From: Anaerolineae bacterium
GTDB lineage: Bacteria; Chloroflexota; Anaerolineae; 4572-78; NAK82
Assembly: GCA_049969215.1 (NCBI GenBank)
Contig: JBMFPH010000001.1
Coordinates: 1 to 54,991 of the forward strand
Direction: 5' to 3'
DNA: 54,991 nt
Shown: positions 46,746 to 54,740 of the stretch, in pieces
How the letters are laid out: the number at the start of each line of letters is the position of its first letter
Position numbering within the stretch: position 1 is the stretch's first letter
Made by a program: the position numbers and the translations under genes
The notes under the pieces: generated by a model
Seen by the model: only the letters and a program-made list of their open reading frames with translations
The model's database searches: none
What the model was told of the DNA's origin: nothing

Positions 46746-48119
46746 TTGCTGAAGGAGATGATCACATTGCATTCCCACAGTCCTGTCTTTACTCGCCTGC
46801 TTGACCGCATTATGCGGATGCCGGTCGTTGATTGCCATGAGCACCTGCGAGGTCCGGAGCGCGATCTAAAGGATAGGCCGCGCGAACCGATCGCCGCTTT
46901 GACAACTATGTACTTGATCAGCGATCTGTGGTCGGCTGGAGCGACCGACCGTGAGATTGGAATCTTAGAGAACCCTGCTGTTAGCACAGACGAAAAATGG
47001 CCTTTGTTCGCGCGTCTCTGGGAGGCCTGTCGCCACACAGCTTACGCACGTGTAACGTGCCTGATGCTGAAACACTGCTATGGTGTCGAAGAGATAACGA
47101 GGGCTGCTTTGGAGCACGTGGCGGAGCGCCTGGCCGAGCAGGATGAGGCATATTATCTAAGGCTTTTTGAGGAAGCCGGCATCAAAGCGGTCGTCGCCGA
47201 TGCGCTCTTTCCACCTCCGTGGGAACGTCCAGTTCGTTACTTCGGCAGCCCAGTGCTGCAACAGTTTCTGCAAGATAAGTTCCAATTGCCCCGCAGCTGG
47301 CGCCCTGTATTCTCGTTACCCTACTATCATGAGATTCGCTTGCGCGAATTCGTCGACTTTGTTGGCTCGTTGGCAGAGCAGAACGTCACCTCACTAGAGG
47401 AATACGAAGAGGCCCTATACACGCTCATCAGACGCGCTGTCCAGAAGGGTGTCATTGCTTTCAAGGACCAATCCGCTTACCGGCGTATCATTTCCTATGA
47501 TCTACCAACCCGAGACGAGGCAGAGCGCTTGTTTAACCGCTTGCTGACAGATCCGCGCCAGCAGCTGGCTTGGCCGGAGGCAAAGCCACTGGATGACTAT
47601 CTGTTTCACCAAATGATGCGCTGGGCGCGCGAATTGCACTTGCCGGTCCAGATTCATACTGGCCATCTGGCAAACTCGCGCAATCGGGTGGACAAGGCAA
47701 ACGCAAAGCACTTTACTTCGGTGTTGGAGCTCCACAGGGAAGTGCGCTTTGACCTCTTCCATGGTAACTGGCCTTATATGGCGGATGTGTTGTTTCTGGC
47801 CAAGAACTATCCCAATGCGCATTTGGACATGTGTTGGGTGCATATGGTAGACCCTCTATACAGTCGAGAGTTGCTTAAACGGGCCGTCATGACTGTGCCA
47901 CACACGAAGATTTTCGGTTTCGGTGGCGATTATTTTTTGTCGCCCGAGCATTCCATTGCGCATCTGATGCTCGCGCGGGAAGTCATAGCAGCCGCGCTGG
48001 CGGACTTGATAGAGATCGGATGGCTGGAGGAAGAGAAGGCAATCCAGATCGCAGCGGGATGGCTCTACAACAACCCCAATCGCTTCTATCAGTTGGGACT
48101 GCCCGACTTTGTGCCATGA
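46746..48119 (+). CDS. amidohydrolase-fold protein (amidohydrolase_2/uronate-isomerase-like), substrate unknown
   Basis: N-terminal metal motif VVDCHEHL, later IHTGH and a conserved Asp region. The start codon is uncertain (46746, 46758 or later). Confidence 0.65.
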   Translation: MLKEMITLHSHSPVFTRLLDRIMRMPVVDCHEHLRGPERDLKDRPREPIAALTTMYLISDLWSAGATDREIGILENPAVSTDEKWPLFARLWEACRHTAYARVTCLMLKHCYGVEEITRAALEHVAERLAEQDEAYYLRLFEEAGIKAVVADALFPPPWERPVRYFGSPVLQQFLQDKFQLPRSWRPVFSLPYYHEIRLREFVDFVGSLAEQNVTSLEEYEEALYTLIRRAVQKGVIAFKDQSAYRRIISYDLPTRDEAERLFNRLLTDPRQQLAWPEAKPLDDYLFHQMMRWARELHLPVQIHTGHLANSRNRVDKANAKHFTSVLELHREVRFDLFHGNWPYMADVLFLAKNYPNAHLDMCWVHMVDPLYSRELLKRAVMTVPHTKIFGFGGDYFLSPEHSIAHLMLAREVIAAALADLIEIGWLEEEKAIQIAAGWLYNNPNRFYQLGLPDFVP

Positions 48120-48143
48120 GTTGGGAGATGCACTGAAACCTTG

Positions 48144-49298
48144 ATGAATACACCCCACCACGCGGAGAACGTGATCAGCGTTCAGGAGTATCAAGCTCGC
48201 CTTGAGATGATACGTCAGGCAATGGCGCATAGGGGCCTGGACGCCCTCCTGGTATACTCTTGGAAGCGCGGCCAGGTACGTTACCTCTCGGGTTACAAAC
48301 CCAACTATGTGGCCAATGTCGCAATGGTTGTGGTCCTCCCCGACCGTGATCCCACCTTGCTCATACGTTTTCCCTTTGATCTAGGGCGGGCGCGCAAAGT
48401 GTCCTGGCTGCAGGATGTCCGTGCCAGTGGCGATCTGGAAGGTCTGGTGAGCGACTGCCAAGCCATCCTTGACAGCGCAATTGTACGTGGCAGCTTCATC
48501 GGGTTGGTGGGTGGCGATTCGGTGGTGGATGAGCTGCCGCACAGTATGTATGAAATGCTGAGTCGGGCACTGCCTGACTATAGATTGGTGCCTGCATCCT
48601 ACATCCTCGAGAAAGCCCGCATGTGCAAAAGCGTCGCCGAAGCTGAATTAGTGCGTGAATCGGCGCGCGTAGCTGATGCCACACTAGCGACTGCCCGCAG
48701 TGTAGCACAGGCAGGCCGTTCGGAGTATGAGCTTATTGCGGCAGCGGAGGCAACTGCGCGTGCCCTGGGCGCGGAGGAAATCCTCTCTGTTATCGCTTCA
48801 GCGGCGTGGGAACTGATCAGACCACCCGAAGGACGCCTGCTGGGAGAGAATGAAATGCTCGTGGCAGAATTCGCTGTCCAGGTGGGAGGATACTTTACTC
48901 AGGTGCCGGGTGTTTTTCACACTGGTACGCCGAGCGCGGAACAGCGAGAGATGTATTCGGTAGCCTATGCTGGTTATCTGGCCGGCGTGCAGGCCGCTTG
49001 CCCAGGTCATACTGTCGGCGATGTTGCCAGAGCGGAGCTGGCCATTCTTGAGGACAGTGGCTGGCTCGAATGGCATGCCTATGACCTGGGGCACGGCGAC
49101 GGATTAGATCACCCTGAGATCCCTGCCATTACACCCGAATCGAATGTGCCGATTGAGCCTGGAATGGTGCTTTGCATTCATCCTGGGCTGCGTAAACCGG
49201 GTGTCGGAGGTGTCTTTGTGGGTGGTACAGTTCTGATCGGAGAAGACGGGGCCATCCCGTTGCATCAGGTTGCTCCTGAGATGTGGGACTGGAAGTAA
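48144..49298 (+). CDS. M24-family pita-bread-fold protein with creatinase/prolidase-type N-terminal domain
   Basis: GHGDGLDHPE, IEPGM and IGEDG motifs in M24 order. The usual D...D metal pair appears by eye to read E...Q (AEFAVQVGGYFTQV). Confidence 0.75.
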   Translation: MNTPHHAENVISVQEYQARLEMIRQAMAHRGLDALLVYSWKRGQVRYLSGYKPNYVANVAMVVVLPDRDPTLLIRFPFDLGRARKVSWLQDVRASGDLEGLVSDCQAILDSAIVRGSFIGLVGGDSVVDELPHSMYEMLSRALPDYRLVPASYILEKARMCKSVAEAELVRESARVADATLATARSVAQAGRSEYELIAAAEATARALGAEEILSVIASAAWELIRPPEGRLLGENEMLVAEFAVQVGGYFTQVPGVFHTGTPSAEQREMYSVAYAGYLAGVQAACPGHTVGDVARAELAILEDSGWLEWHAYDLGHGDGLDHPEIPAITPESNVPIEPGMVLCIHPGLRKPGVGGVFVGGTVLIGEDGAIPLHQVAPEMWDWK

Positions 49299-49390
49299 CA
49301 AGAGTCAAGGCGGAGCATAGAAGAGCGCGCCTGTCCATCGTGTTAGTGCGCTTTGAGATTGCGCCTTGAGTCTTAGCTTGTACCTACGGG

Positions 49391-49420
49391 TTGACCCAGC
49401 TCCGGACAAAGCGTTAGAGT
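49391..49420 (+). promoter_or_regulatory. promoter upstream of the 2-hydroxyacid dehydrogenase/DUF1537 operon
   Basis: TTGACC (49391-49396), an 18-nt spacer, then TAGAGT (49415-49420). Confidence 0.5.
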
Positions 49421-49425
49421 TTGCA

Positions 49426-49451
49426 TGGTCAGGTGGTATGCCAGCATACCT
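49426..49451 (+). promoter_or_regulatory. operator: TGGTCA box plus palindrome GGTATGC-CA-GCATACC (site 2 of 2)
   Basis: TGGTCA lies at 49426-49431. TGGTATGCCAGCATACCT (49434-49451) is identical to 40520-40537, with the same spacing from the -10. Confidence 0.6.
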
Positions 49452-49493
49452 ATTCGTCGGGCAACAAGGCCAGATTGCAGTTGGCAGGCGCCT

Positions 49494-50570
49494 ATGAAAG
49501 ACATTCTATTTCGTATTGGGGTTTCCGCTGATTTCAACAACGAAGCTCCTGGTCTGCTTGAACCTTTCCTGGAGCAAGTATTCGGGCCGTTTCCCTTTGT
49601 GGAACGTTGTTTCTTCCCGGTCAAGAGCAAAGTGGTAGCAGCAGCTGACATCATGGATTTCGATGCGGTGATAACATTGAAAGCACGATACACCGCTGCA
49701 TCGCTGAGCGGGAATAACCGCCTTGCGATCATCGCGCGTTGGGGGGCCGGTTATGACGTGGTCGATGTGCCAGCGTGCACTGCGGCTGATGTCTTGCTTG
49801 CCATCACACCTGAGGCGGTGCGCCAGCCAGTCGCCGAGGGCATCTTGGCTTTCTTCCTGGCACTCGCCAAGAATCTGTCGGCCAGAGATCGGATCACGCG
49901 CAGTGGGCTGCGCGACCTGACAATAGAAAACACTGGTGTCTGTTTGTCGGAAAAAGTTTTCGGCTCGGTAGGGTTGGGCAACATCGCGTCTCGGATGTTC
50001 CGCCTGATCCAGGCGTTTGGCCCGGCGCGCATGCTTGCCTGCGATCCCTACGTAAAACCTGCGCACGCGGAGCAGCTGGGCGTGGAGCTGGTCGATCTGC
50101 GTACCCTGTTCCGCGAGTCTGATTTCCTGGCTGTCACCTGTCCCCTCAATGATGAAACAAGAGGTATGATCGATCGCAAATTGCTGTCCTTGATGAAGCC
50201 GACCGCCTTCTTTGTGAATGTAGCGCGTGGTGGCATTGTCAAAGAAGAGGATCTGGTGGCCGTCCTGCGAGAGGGGCGCATTGCTGGTGCCGGGTTGGAC
50301 GTCTTTGAGCAAGAACCTTTGCCCCCTAATCACCCTCTTGCCTCTTTGCAAAACGTCATGCTGACCCCACATCGTATCGCATGGTCGGATGCACTCTATC
50401 GCGGAAACGGCCTGGGGGCCTGTCATAATGTCCTGACGGTGTTGCAGGGCAGAGTGCCCGAGCACACGGTCAATCGTGAGGTTATCCATCAACCTGGCTT
50501 TCAGGCTAAACTACAGTTGCTTGGCCAGCGTTGGGCATCTGCCGTGGAAAGAACGGTTAACATGCGGTAA
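49494..50570 (+). CDS. D-isomer-specific 2-hydroxyacid dehydrogenase family protein
   Basis: VGLGNIASRM Rossmann motif, NVARGGIV, GAGLDVFEQEP, and TPHRIAWSD (catalytic His). ATG 49494 is preferred because the longer ORF (49425) would run through the operator. Confidence 0.82.
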   Translation: MKDILFRIGVSADFNNEAPGLLEPFLEQVFGPFPFVERCFFPVKSKVVAAADIMDFDAVITLKARYTAASLSGNNRLAIIARWGAGYDVVDVPACTAADVLLAITPEAVRQPVAEGILAFFLALAKNLSARDRITRSGLRDLTIENTGVCLSEKVFGSVGLGNIASRMFRLIQAFGPARMLACDPYVKPAHAEQLGVELVDLRTLFRESDFLAVTCPLNDETRGMIDRKLLSLMKPTAFFVNVARGGIVKEEDLVAVLREGRIAGAGLDVFEQEPLPPNHPLASLQNVMLTPHRIAWSDALYRGNGLGACHNVLTVLQGRVPEHTVNREVIHQPGFQAKLQLLGQRWASAVERTVNMR

Positions 50571-50579
50571 GGAGGGATT

Positions 50580-51419
50580 ATGGGTGAGGTGGTGGCTCTG
50601 CTGGGTGCTGCCGGCAAAATGGGCACCCGCATCAGCAGCAATCTTGCAAAGACGACAGCGTATGAAGTGCTATGTGTCGAGGCGACCGGAGCAGGTGAAG
50701 AGCGCTTGCGCGCGCGTGGTTTTGCTCCAATCCCACTCTGGGATGCCGTGCCACACGCTGACATTGTGGTGATGGCGATACCAGATGTTCTGATAAGCAG
50801 CATGACCCGCACGATTGTCCCTCAGATGAGAAGTGGAGCCATGCTCCTATGCCTTGACCCTGCTGCACCTTACAGCGGCGAGATCCTTTTGCGCGACGAT
50901 ATTGCATATTTCGTCACCCATCCTTGTCATCCTTCTATCATTAAAGAAGAGACCGATCCAGTGGCACGCCAGGACTTTTTTGGCGGTGTCGCGGCCCAAC
51001 AGGCAATTGTCTGCGCATTGATGCAGGGATCAGAAGCTGACTATGTGCGCGGGGAGAAGCTGGCGCGTGCCATGTTTGCGCCGGTGCGACGGGCTCATCG
51101 TGTCACTGTGGAACAGATGGCACTGCTCGAACCCGCGATGGCCGAGACAATGGCTCTCACCCTGATGATGGCGTTGCGAGAAGGTCTTGACGAAGTGGTC
51201 AAACGTGGTGTACCGGAAGATGCCGCGCGAGACTTTTTGCTTGGCCATTTGGGTATCTTCGCCGGCATCCTGTTCGGTTTCTACGACGCACAGGTGTCCG
51301 ACGGCGCCAAAAGAGCTGCTGCGCGTGCCAGACAGGTTATCTTGCAGCCCGACTGGAAAAAGATTTTTGACCCAGACAATGTGATGCGTGAGGTCAAAGC
51401 AATCACACAAGGTCAGTGA
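50580..51419 (+). CDS. NAD(P)-binding Rossmann protein with helical C-terminal domain (ProC/6-phosphogluconate-dehydrogenase-C-like), function unknown
   Basis: N-terminal LLGAAGKMG dinucleotide motif and MAIPDV. It has a paralog at 54741. The RBS is AAGGAGG. Confidence 0.6.
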   Translation: MGEVVALLGAAGKMGTRISSNLAKTTAYEVLCVEATGAGEERLRARGFAPIPLWDAVPHADIVVMAIPDVLISSMTRTIVPQMRSGAMLLCLDPAAPYSGEILLRDDIAYFVTHPCHPSIIKEETDPVARQDFFGGVAAQQAIVCALMQGSEADYVRGEKLARAMFAPVRRAHRVTVEQMALLEPAMAETMALTLMMALREGLDEVVKRGVPEDAARDFLLGHLGIFAGILFGFYDAQVSDGAKRAAARARQVILQPDWKKIFDPDNVMREVKAITQGQ

Positions 51420-51435
51420 GGGGGTGCGTTCATTC

Positions 51436-52221
51436 GTGAAACCTAATCGCTTTAGGCAAATCATAGCTCAGGGCAAGGTTCCAGTAGGACATATGTTGAT
51501 CGAGTTTGCATCCCCTGGGATGGCTCGAATCCTTGATTGTGTCGGTGTCGACTTTGTGGTCGTGGATATGGAACATTCAGGTTTCGGTTTCCGAGAGGTG
51601 GCTACCCTGCTGGCGTTGTTCAAGGGCACTTCTATTACCACCTTTGTGCGCGCGCCTCAGATCGAGTATCACTTCATCGCGCGTTGCCTGGATGCTGGAG
51701 CCCAAGGCATCATGGCGCCCAATGTCAGAAATGGTGTCGAGGCACGGGCTATCATCAACGCGGCCAAGTATGCCCCCTTGGGTGAGCGCGGTGTGGCACT
51801 TGGCACGGCTAACACGGACTACCGGTCTGTCAACGCCGTTGAGTTCCTCACGGAAGCCAACCAAGAGACGGTTGTCATATGCCAAATCGAGAGCCAGGAA
51901 GGCCTTGACCATCTCGAAGAGATTGCCGCCACCCCTGGAGTGGACATTCTTTGGGTAGGGCACTTTGATCTGAGTCACTCCTTGGGAATTGCTGGGCAGC
52001 TGGATCATCCAAGATTGCTCGAGGCACTACGGCAGGTAGTGGCCGTGGCTAGGCGCCATAAACTGGCTGCCGCTATTCAGCCACGTACATTAGTACAGGC
52101 ACGAAGGTGGTTGGAACTGGGTTTCAATGTGATTTCATTCGGTGCCGATGTGGCCATTTACACCGACGCTTTGGCCGATGGGGTCGCCCGGGTGCGTGAG
52201 CTGGTGGAGCAGAGAGATTAA
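51436..52221 (+). CDS. HpcH/HpaI-family class II (metal-dependent) 2-keto-3-deoxy-acid aldolase
   Basis: N-terminal ...NRFRQIIAQGKVPVGHM..., VVVDMEHSGFG, and the QIES...GV motif. GTG 51436 is chosen to match the family N-terminus, but the start is uncertain. Confidence 0.8.
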   Translation: MKPNRFRQIIAQGKVPVGHMLIEFASPGMARILDCVGVDFVVVDMEHSGFGFREVATLLALFKGTSITTFVRAPQIEYHFIARCLDAGAQGIMAPNVRNGVEARAIINAAKYAPLGERGVALGTANTDYRSVNAVEFLTEANQETVVICQIESQEGLDHLEEIAATPGVDILWVGHFDLSHSLGIAGQLDHPRLLEALRQVVAVARRHKLAAAIQPRTLVQARRWLELGFNVISFGADVAIYTDALADGVARVRELVEQRD

Positions 52222-52245
52222 GAGGCAGCTGCGAGTGGAGCATCT

Positions 52246-53652
52246 ATGAACCTAAAGGAGATGTTTGAAAGCTTGCCTCCAGAGTGGCCAGCCGACCTGT
52301 TGGCTGACATTCGCGAATTAGTCCACGAGAGTCGGCGCAAGATAGTGGTGCTGGATGACGATCCCACTGGCACCCAGACAGTGCATGATGTCCCGGTGCT
52401 CACAGGGTGGTCAGTAGAGGCACTATGTGCTGAGCTCGAGAGTGATTTGCCGGCTTTCTATATTCTTACCAACTCACGCAGTCTGTCCCTCGCGGAGGCG
52501 GTGGCTTTGAATACCACAGTCGGACGTAACTTATTGGAAGCAAGGTATCGCTCAGGACGTGAGTTCGTGGTGGTAAGTCGGAGCGACTCTACTTTGCGCG
52601 GACATTTTCCGGGAGAGGTCAAGGCATTGGCGCAAGCGTTGCAGCAGCAATTCGACGCTTGGTTGATCATCCCCTTCTTTCTGGAGGGAGGGCGTTATAC
52701 CGTTCACGATGTCCATTACGTTGCCGAGGGGGAGCAACTCGTGCCAGCAGGTGAAACCGAGTTTGCCCGTGACGTGGTTTTTGGGTACCACGCCTCCAAC
52801 CTGCGCGAATGGGTAGAGGAAAAGACGAGAGGTGACGTCCGCGCGAGCGATGTAGCTTCTATCAGTATAGATGATTTGCGCCTCGGGGGGCCTGATAGGG
52901 TCACTGAGCAGCTGACAGCCCTCCGGAATGGCAACATCTGCATTGTGAACGCTGCCAGTATGCGCGACTTGCAAGTGTTCGTCCTCGGTCTGTTGCGCGC
53001 TGAAGCTCTGGGAAAGCGATTTTTGTATCGCACAGCAGCTTCTTTTGTTCAAGTGCGCGCCGGATTGGCACCGCATCCCCTGCTTCAACGTTCAGATTTC
53101 GATCTGTCCTTTGGAAGTGGCGGGTTGATCGTGGTCGGTTCCTATGTACCACGCACCACCGCTCAGATTCGAACCCTTATTAGCAGGTCTGATATCTGCA
53201 GCCTGGAGGTTGCGGTTGAGGCGTTGCTCGATGATGAGCATTGGCAGCAAGAGACAAAGCGTCTGGCACGACAGGCAGATCAGCTGTTGCGTTCCGGCTG
53301 CAATGTCATGTTGTACACCAGCCGCCAGCTGGTCACCGGTGCGAACGCTGAACACAGCCTGAACATCGGAAGGCGAGTGTCAGAGGGATTGGTATCCATT
53401 GTACGTGCCATTTCCGCGCGACCGCGCTACCTAGTGGCGAAAGGCGGTATAACTTCAAGTGATGTGGCCACATACGGTCTAGATGTTAAGCGTGCAATGG
53501 TGATGGGCCAGATTTTGCCGGGCGTACCGGTGTGGCGGCTTGGCCCAGAAAGTCGTTTCCCTGGCTTGGCGTACGTCGTCTTTCCGGGCAACGTGGGTGA
53601 CGCTCAATCTCTGCTCCGGGTAGTTCAAATGCTTAGCTATGACGAAGAGTAA
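52246..53652 (+). CDS. DUF1537 four-carbon (acid-sugar) kinase family protein
   Basis: Hallmark N-terminal IVVLDDDPTGTQTVHDVPVLT. Two-domain length (468 aa). C-terminal ...KGGITSSD... nucleotide-binding region. Confidence 0.85.
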   Translation: MNLKEMFESLPPEWPADLLADIRELVHESRRKIVVLDDDPTGTQTVHDVPVLTGWSVEALCAELESDLPAFYILTNSRSLSLAEAVALNTTVGRNLLEARYRSGREFVVVSRSDSTLRGHFPGEVKALAQALQQQFDAWLIIPFFLEGGRYTVHDVHYVAEGEQLVPAGETEFARDVVFGYHASNLREWVEEKTRGDVRASDVASISIDDLRLGGPDRVTEQLTALRNGNICIVNAASMRDLQVFVLGLLRAEALGKRFLYRTAASFVQVRAGLAPHPLLQRSDFDLSFGSGGLIVVGSYVPRTTAQIRTLISRSDICSLEVAVEALLDDEHWQQETKRLARQADQLLRSGCNVMLYTSRQLVTGANAEHSLNIGRRVSEGLVSIVRAISARPRYLVAKGGITSSDVATYGLDVKRAMVMGQILPGVPVWRLGPESRFPGLAYVVFPGNVGDAQSLLRVVQMLSYDEE

Positions 53653-53660
53653 AGGGTCGG

Positions 53661-53695
53661 AAGTGAAGCTCATCACCATCTATGAGATTTCACTT
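53661..53695 (+). terminator. imperfect hairpin after the DUF1537 gene
   Basis: AAGTGAA (53661-53667) pairs with TTCACTT (53689-53695). The inner stem is CTCAT (53669-53673) with ATGAG (53682-53686). The T-rich context is weak. Confidence 0.35.
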
Positions 53696-53774
53696 TCAGG
53701 CTGTTGAGTGCGGACAATGGCAAAACCCAGAACCTATCCCCAAACTGAAATGCACACGGCTCATAAGCGCCATT

Positions 53775-53803
53775 TGACATTGTTGCTCAGAAAGTCTAAG
53801 ATT
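53775..53803 (+). promoter_or_regulatory. promoter for the second GntR regulator
   Basis: TTGACA (53775-53780), a 17-nt spacer, then TAAGAT (53798-53803). A TGGTCG box (53808-53813) follows at nearly the same offset as the TGGTCA boxes of the two operator sites. Confidence 0.5.
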
Positions 53804-53857
53804 TTGTGGTCGCATCATCATACCACGTACCAAGGTCATGCTAAGGGAGATTGACTA

Positions 53858-54697
53858 ATGATAGAGCGGGAAGTATCGAACCCGATCCAATTATTCAAGG
53901 CGATTCAACGCTCAGCCACTCTGGTTCACCGCGTCACCGGGCAGATCGAGCAACTGATCATCAAAGGGGAGCTGCACCCCGGTGACCGCTTGCCCCCGGA
54001 GCGCGAGTTGGCACGCCAGTTCGGCGTAAGTCGGACTGTGGTGCGCGAAGCAGTGCGTTCTCTGGTTGCCAAGGGGCTGCTGGAAGTACGACCTGGCAGT
54101 GGCACTTTGGTGCGCAGCCCCAGTGCAGATGCGGTCGCACAGTCACTGATAATGTTCTTGCGAGCTGGACGTCCCGAATTCGACTGTGAGAAAGTGATGG
54201 AGATTCGCCGTGTCCTCGAGGTAGCGAACGCCGGCTTTGCAGCACAGCGTCGCACCTCTGAAGATTTGGCAGAGATGGCACATATTCTACGCGATGCAAG
54301 CACGCTCTCCTATGATCGCTATCGTTTTGCCGAGCTGGATGTCGCTTTCCATGCTGCTGTAGCACGCGCCACCCACAACGAGCTTTTGTCTTTGTTGTTG
54401 GACTCTGTGGCGGACATCCTTCTGACCTGGCGCCAGTTTAGTTTTGACGTGCCAGGTACACCCGAACGTGCCGTTATGTACCATCGTGCTATTTATGAGC
54501 AGATCAGACGCGGGGATATTGAGAGCGCTCGCCATGCAATGGGGGAACATCTAATTGAAGCCGAGGACACAATGCGCAAGGCGATTGCATTGCATACAGC
54601 CCATGCTAGGCAGCAAAGTGGTTATGAATCGTTGTGCAATGAGAGTGCAATAGGGGACAACGGGGGGACAGTCGCCGACGAGGCGACAATCTCTTAG
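53858..54697 (+). CDS. GntR-family transcriptional regulator, FadR subfamily (FCD domain), copy 2
   Basis: ...PERELARQFGVSRTVVREAVRSLVAKGLL... HTH and an FCD-like helical domain. It is a paralog of 31405-32157. Confidence 0.88.
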   Translation: MIEREVSNPIQLFKAIQRSATLVHRVTGQIEQLIIKGELHPGDRLPPERELARQFGVSRTVVREAVRSLVAKGLLEVRPGSGTLVRSPSADAVAQSLIMFLRAGRPEFDCEKVMEIRRVLEVANAGFAAQRRTSEDLAEMAHILRDASTLSYDRYRFAELDVAFHAAVARATHNELLSLLLDSVADILLTWRQFSFDVPGTPERAVMYHRAIYEQIRRGDIESARHAMGEHLIEAEDTMRKAIALHTAHARQQSGYESLCNESAIGDNGGTVADEATIS

Positions 54698-54740
54698 AGA
54701 ACATAGCTGATACAGAAAGGGGTAATTCAGAGCATTTCCC

